DNA of 28,840 nt from a virus (taxonomy: Duplodnaviria > Caudoviricetes). Made by a program: the position numbers and the translations under genes. Shown here piece after piece: positions 24,179 through 28,840 of the stretch. Below the pieces are notes generated by a model that was not told where the DNA came from, ran no database searches, and saw nothing but the letters and a program-made list of their open reading frames with translations. Location: positions 1 to 28,840 of IMG/VR virus record IMGVR_UViG_3300012665_000317, one strand, 5' to 3'. The first letter of the stretch is position 1; each line of letters opens with the position of its first letter.

Positions 24179-24631
24179 TTACCAGGCCCTACAAGACCAA
24201 TATCGCGCTTTCCAACGTGGTCCGGGATTTGCACAGTTATGTCGTGCTCTAAAACTTTTGCGTCTTGCAGGGATGTGTTTTTTAATGCTTAATTTTTTAT
24301 CGCCAAAATTTACTTTAACAATATTTCCATTAGGTTTACGGACATACACCTTAGACTTTTTAACATCTCCGGCCATTCGTTTCCCTAACGGCACATTGCG
24401 TCCTTGATATTTTGCTTCTTCTATACCAAACTTGCAATCAAAACTTTCTAATAGATCTAACGCTATAGAATCGGCAGCAAGAATTATACAATCATCCCAG
24501 CTTTCGATAACATACGTTTCTAAAGCAGTATCTTCTGCTAATTCTAACACGAAGTCATCACCCGCTTCGATGTTGTCGCTTGATAAGTCTAGTTCAGCTT
24601 GTTCTATGTATTCTAAAAGCAATTTACTCAT
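24179..24631 (-). CDS. bipartite protein: acidic N-half, basic C-terminal domain
   Basis: IEE junction, then KVYV...VNFGD...RRKSFRARHNC...YWSCRAW. Confidence 0.78.
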   Translation of the reverse strand: MSKLLLEYIEQAELDLSSDNIEAGDDFVLELAEDTALETYVIESWDDCIILAADSIALDLLESFDCKFGIEEAKYQGRNVPLGKRMAGDVKKSKVYVRKPNGNIVKVNFGDKKLSIKKHIPARRKSFRARHNCANPGPRWKARYWSCRAW

Positions 24632-24634
24632 AAA

Positions 24635-24671
24635 AAAATCCCTATACGATATTTATCGTTAAACGGATTTT
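24635..24671 (-). promoter_or_regulatory. late ATAAATA box (24650-24656) inside an SD-occluding hairpin
   Basis: AAAAUCC..ACGAU-AAAU-AUCGU..GGAUUUU. Confidence 0.6.
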
Positions 24672-24683
24672 AGTTATTAGCTT

Positions 24684-25322
24684 TTATACCTTAGTTACAG
24701 ACTCTACAAGCTGTATATGTCCGCCTAAAAACATCTTAACCATAGTTAGTGTTTTATCATCTCTTACATAGAAATAGTACCCGCCCCAACTATGGGGTTT
24801 GCAAAGATCTTTTGATGCTCGTTTTGGTAATTTAACTTTTTCACTTTTACCTTCGCACCATTTTACAAAACTTGTAAACTCTTGACGTGTTCGACCCATT
24901 GTAATTCTGTAACCGTAGTCTAAGTTTTTAACTAGAACTTTTTGAGCATCTAGTTTATCTTCAGAGCCGTGTTCTGGAAAAGACACATACTTAACTGTGT
25001 TGGGATCTAGTTTAGCTAATTTTTCCACATCAGTAGCTGAATTGCTGTAAAAGCTAATTAACGGATGTTCGATTCTAAGGTCATAATCGATACATTTAGT
25101 TAAAGTAGTGTAGAGTTTTAAGACAAACGTCTTTTCAGTATCTGTTAGTGGTATACTAAATTTAATTTTACTACCATTATCTGACAGCTGCTGTTTTACA
25201 TTTTCAAGATCGTTCCCTCTAAACCAACCAGCTCCTTTTGATACAATTACAATTTTATACTTGTATTTTTTGAAAAAGAGTCTAGTTGTATACTTAGATG
25301 ATATTGTTGGATGGAGTTTCAT
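24684..25322 (-). CDS. hypothetical protein
   Basis: 212 aa basic alpha/beta ORF. Confidence 0.75.
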   Translation of the reverse strand: MKLHPTISSKYTTRLFFKKYKYKIVIVSKGAGWFRGNDLENVKQQLSDNGSKIKFSIPLTDTEKTFVLKLYTTLTKCIDYDLRIEHPLISFYSNSATDVEKLAKLDPNTVKYVSFPEHGSEDKLDAQKVLVKNLDYGYRITMGRTRQEFTSFVKWCEGKSEKVKLPKRASKDLCKPHSWGGYYFYVRDDKTLTMVKMFLGGHIQLVESVTKV

Positions 25323-27546
25323 TTACTACCTTTGGATTTTTTACTTTACTTGTTAATATTAAAGTACCGTCTTTAATATTAATTAATAAAGCCCCACCGT
25401 TTTTAAGTTCTCCAAACAGCATCATCTTAGCAAGTGGGCGTTTGATTTCTTTATCAATAACTCGTTGTAAAGGACGAGCACCCATCTTTTTATCAAATCC
25501 TTGTTCGATTAACCAGTCAATTGCTTCGTCACTAATTTTAATTTTAATGCCTTTAGCTTTAACTTTATCTCTAACTTCAACCATAAACTTACCAACAATT
25601 TTAATCATTACTTCTTTAGTTAACTTACCAAAAGTAATAACACCGTCAAGACGATTGCGGAATTCTGGAGCAAAAAACTTGTTAAGATCTTTGTTACTGT
25701 ATTCTTGTTCTTGTGCTCCAAAGCCGATTGCGTTCTTCTCCGCAGCCTGCGCTCCTGCATTAGTAGTAATAATAAGAATAATGTTACGACAATCGGCAAC
25801 TTTTCCATTACTGCCTGTTACAAATCCGTTATCCATTATTTGTAATAGAATAGTTGAAACATCAGGATGTGATTTTTCAATTTCGTCTAGCAATAATACA
25901 CAGTTAGGTGATTCTTGAATCTTAGTAATTAATAAGCCAGCATTTTCTTCAAAGCCAACATATCCTGGAGGACTACCAATTAGTTTACTTACGCTATGCT
26001 TCTCTTGATATTCACTCATATCAAAACGTACAAGAGAAACACCTAGACTTTTAGCCAGTGCTTTAGCAGTTTCAGTTTTACCTGTACCGGTTGGACCCAT
26101 AAACACAAAACTACCAATAGGTTTGTTTTCGGATTTTAATCCTGCCCTGGCTACAAGAATTTTATCTACAATTTCTGTAATGGCAGTATCTTGTCCGTAA
26201 ACTTCTTGTTGTAAGTTTGCTTCTAATGTAGCCAAGTTAGATGACTCTTGTTCTGCAATCTGTTCTGCAGGCATATTAACCATCTTAGCTAATTCAAATT
26301 CAATAGATGCATCGTCTACTATACGAGAGTCGGCAATCTTTAAATTAAAACGTGAGCAAGCACAATCAATTAAATCAATAGCTTTGTCGGGTAATTTTTT
26401 ATCTGTTTGATATTTAACGCTTAGACGAACTGCACACTCTAATGCACTATCTTTAATTTTAACATTATGATGTTGTTCATAATATTTCTTAATGCCTTTA
26501 AGAATTTGCACTGCCATTTCTGGACTAGGCTCGTCAACAGTAATACGTTGGAACCTGCGCATGAGCGCACGATCTTTTTCAAAGTACTTTCGATACTCTT
26601 CCCAAGTCGTTGATGCAATAACTTTAATATTGCCTTTGCTTAGTGCAGGCTTCATCATGTTAGCAAGGTCGTTACTCCCTTGTTGTCCTCCTGCACCGGC
26701 ACCACTAATCATGTGTGCTTCGTCAATAAACAATACAGTCTTGCCTTTCTTGCTTAGACCTTTTAGAACAGCTTTAAATCGTTCTTCAAAATCACCACGA
26801 TATTTAGATCCGGCAAGCATAGCACTAATATCAAGATTATACACTGTGTAGTCTTTTAAGAATTCAGGAACTGCTCCGTTAATGATATTCATTGCAAGCC
26901 CTTCTGCAATAGCAGTCTTGCCAACACCCGGATCACCTACTAAAATTACATTGCTCTTTGATCGTCTTCCTAACACTAGACTAATATTTTCGAGTTCGTC
27001 GATACGACCAACAACTGGATCAATTTTATTTTTCTTAGCAGCTTCATTTAAATTAGTAGTGTACGCACGTAATGCTTTGTCGCCACTTGTATCCACAGAT
27101 TCTTCTTCCTCAATAATTTCGTTGCTTAAATAATCTTCAAATTTATCTTTATCAATGTCAGCCTGCTGGATATAGAAATTAGCCCAACTACGTTTTTCAC
27201 TAATAATACTCAAAAACACATCGGTATTTTCAATTTTTTGTCGTCCTTTAAATAGAACCTGTGTAAAGGCACGATTTAATACACGCTCTACTGTTTGTGT
27301 TTTTTTAGGTTTAACATTTTCTTCTGTAGTAACAATATCATTTAATTTATTTTTAAGATAATGTTCAAGATTTTTCTTAATGTAATCTGGATCTGCCCCA
27401 TATCCGTGTACACAGTTAGAAAAACTCTCGTCACATAGCATAGAAAATAGCAAATGTTCGATAGTTAAATATTCGTGTTGTAACTTTTTAGCAATATCGA
27501 TTGCTTTTTCAAAGACTAGTTGTAAGTCATTACTAGGTTCTACCAT
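25294..27546 (-). CDS. clpA: ATP-dependent Clp protease ATPase subunit ClpA
   Basis: Clp-N repeats (HEYLTIEHLL), GDPGVGKT, KYRGDFEER, GPTGTGKT, GSPPGYVG, IGF loop, GARPL; no long M-domain. Confidence 0.93.
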   Translation of the reverse strand: MVEPSNDLQLVFEKAIDIAKKLQHEYLTIEHLLFSMLCDESFSNCVHGYGADPDYIKKNLEHYLKNKLNDIVTTEENVKPKKTQTVERVLNRAFTQVLFKGRQKIENTDVFLSIISEKRSWANFYIQQADIDKDKFEDYLSNEIIEEEESVDTSGDKALRAYTTNLNEAAKKNKIDPVVGRIDELENISLVLGRRSKSNVILVGDPGVGKTAIAEGLAMNIINGAVPEFLKDYTVYNLDISAMLAGSKYRGDFEERFKAVLKGLSKKGKTVLFIDEAHMISGAGAGGQQGSNDLANMMKPALSKGNIKVIASTTWEEYRKYFEKDRALMRRFQRITVDEPSPEMAVQILKGIKKYYEQHHNVKIKDSALECAVRLSVKYQTDKKLPDKAIDLIDCACSRFNLKIADSRIVDDASIEFELAKMVNMPAEQIAEQESSNLATLEANLQQEVYGQDTAITEIVDKILVARAGLKSENKPIGSFVFMGPTGTGKTETAKALAKSLGVSLVRFDMSEYQEKHSVSKLIGSPPGYVGFEENAGLLITKIQESPNCVLLLDEIEKSHPDVSTILLQIMDNGFVTGSNGKVADCRNIILIITTNAGAQAAEKNAIGFGAQEQEYSNKDLNKFFAPEFRNRLDGVITFGKLTKEVMIKIVGKFMVEVRDKVKAKGIKIKISDEAIDWLIEQGFDKKMGARPLQRVIDKEIKRPLAKMMLFGELKNGGALLINIKDGTLILTSKVKNPKVVNETPSNNII

Positions 27547-27559
27547 TTTAATCCTTTGA

Positions 27560-28396
27560 TTATTTGTTTATTTTTAAAAATAACGATTCTAACTCTTTTC
27601 TAAGTGTAGCATCAGTTACTGCTGGGATGTCAACATGTACTCGAATAATAAAATTTCCCCGTTCTCCGGAATTAATATTCCTAAAACCCTTGCCCATAAA
27701 AGGAAATTCTAACCCAGGTTTAATTCCGGGATTTAAATTTAATTTGTAAACTTCGTCGTCAATACAAACCGCATCTTTAACACAGCCTGTCATTGCCTGC
27801 AACGCACTAATAGTTACGTTAGTGTAAATATCATTTCCAATACGTTCGTATCTGCTGTCCGGAGGAATAATAACAGAGACGTTTAAGTTGCCTCTAGGCA
27901 TATTAGGAATACTATCGTCACCTAGATTAGGATAACGAATAGTTTGACCCGCTTCAATGCCTGACGGGATATCAATTGCTACTGTTTGAATTTTTCCTGC
28001 AGGAGTTTGATATCTAGCTTCTAGTTGTGTTCCAGTGTACGCCTGCTTAAGACTAATTGTAACACGAATAGTTAAATCTTTGTTTCTTCTTAAGTTAGGA
28101 TGACGCCCAAACATATCCCCGAATGGAGTTCCACCGAATGAGAACCCGAAGATATCTTGCATATTTTGAAAGTCACCTGATCGAACATTAATAAATGGAT
28201 TGCCATTCTTTTGTGCGTCATATTGCGCTCTTTTATTAGGATCGCTTAATGTGTCGTAGGCTTGACTGATTGATTGAAATTTTTGTGTGTCGCCACCACG
28301 ATCGGGATGATGTTTCATGGCCAGCTTTTTATAGGCCTTTTTGATATCATCCTCGCTCGCGGTTTCGCTTACACCTAATGTTTGATAGTAGTCCAT
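27560..28396 (-). CDS. DnaJ/CbpA-type co-chaperone (no zinc finger)
   Basis: MDYYQTLGV...KHHPDRGG J-domain, G/F region, C-terminal domain. Confidence 0.92.
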   Translation of the reverse strand: MDYYQTLGVSETASEDDIKKAYKKLAMKHHPDRGGDTQKFQSISQAYDTLSDPNKRAQYDAQKNGNPFINVRSGDFQNMQDIFGFSFGGTPFGDMFGRHPNLRRNKDLTIRVTISLKQAYTGTQLEARYQTPAGKIQTVAIDIPSGIEAGQTIRYPNLGDDSIPNMPRGNLNVSVIIPPDSRYERIGNDIYTNVTISALQAMTGCVKDAVCIDDEVYKLNLNPGIKPGLEFPFMGKGFRNINSGERGNFIIRVHVDIPAVTDATLRKELESLFLKINK

Positions 28397-28402
28397 AGTA
28401 CT

Positions 28403-28431
28403 ATTATATAGCACTAGGACTAAAAGGTCAA
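28403..28431 (-). promoter_or_regulatory. near-consensus sigma70 promoter of dnaJ-clpA
   Basis: TTGACC (28431-28426) - 17 nt - TATAAT (28408-28403). Confidence 0.8.
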
Positions 28432-28840
28432 TCTAATTCAGGAAAATTTTCTTCAAATGGTGGTCTGCTAGGCATCGGTTTGGCCATAGCAGGCATTAAG
28501 GTTGCTGCCGCAAATCCTCCGGCTGCACCAACTGCCGCAGCCCCAAATGGTGTAGTCGCTGCCGCTCCAAATCCTGTATTGCTATTACCGCCGCCTGGTA
28601 TTGGAGTTGTTCCCCAACTCGGTGCTGGTGTAAAACTTGCGCCGGAGTTGCCGAAGCCTCCTGCTGTTGGTTGGCCAAATGCTGTTGCGCCATTTCCGAA
28701 TCCTCCTGTTGGTGCTGGGCTAGATGGCTTAGACCATCCTGCGTTAGCCGCTGCCAGTGCTTGCTTCTGTGCGTCTTTATCGCCACCCGCTAACATAATA
28801 CCTGACAGTGTGCCAGTTAAGAATGTAGCAATAGGTATAA
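28428..28840 (-). CDS. partial membrane protein with Gly/Ala/FG-rich tail (5' end outside window)
   Basis: Frame stays open to the window edge: IPIATFLTGTLSGIMLAG (hydrophobic), then a low-complexity tail. Confidence 0.72.
   Translation of the reverse strand, partial: IPIATFLTGTLSGIMLAGGDKDAQKQALAAANAGWSKPSSPAPTGGFGNGATAFGQPTAGGFGNSGASFTPAPSWGTTPIPGGGNSNTGFGAAATTPFGAAAVGAAGGFAAATLMPAMAKPMPSRPPFEENFPELD

Noticed and set aside
423-27749. All plus-strand ORFs and nested alternative-frame minus ORFs in the track
   Set aside because: They are shadows of longer, motif-bearing minus-strand genes, with no recognisable motifs of their own.
25294-28396. Bacterial chromosome origin implied by clpA/dnaJ/dps/folE
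   Set aside because: The single-strand dense layout, PolB plus clamp, late-type boxes, GH19 lysin and many orphan genes indicate a phage.
1-28840. Stop-codon recoding (none of the called genes ends in TAG)
   Set aside because: Genes are intact and densely packed under the standard code, with no in-frame TAG breaks; TAG is generally rare in AT-rich phages.

Overview
Segment of a large dsDNA phage genome (T4-like or jumbo myovirus style, AT-rich). All 35 credible genes lie on the minus strand and are tightly packed. In transcription order (right to left): a partial membrane protein with an FG-rich tail, DnaJ and ClpA. Next is a late block (ATAAATA boxes, ~12.9-24.6 kb) of probable capsid-packaged, Glu-cleaved proteins. 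It includes three unrelated nucleotidyltransferase folds (Pol-beta-type, KxDG ligase-type, HIGH-type), a GH19 lysin, a zincin, Dps and a LysM protein, and ends at a terminator. Last is a sigma70-driven replication/DNA-modification block: DsbA-like protein, family B DNA polymerase, sliding clamp, TauE/SafE transporter, DpdA-type transglycosylase, QueD-like protein, glycosyltransferase, cupin, HIT, short UDP-sugar dehydrogenase and FolE. Best leads: (1) a possibly glycosylated 7-deazaguanine DNA modification whose DpdA has a C-terminal clamp-binding-like peptide; (2) a putatively injected three-nucleotidyltransferase module; (3) modular polyproteins; (4) structured RNA candidates at 14589-14680 and upstream of the polymerase. 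All family calls come from motif recognition by eye; no searches were run.
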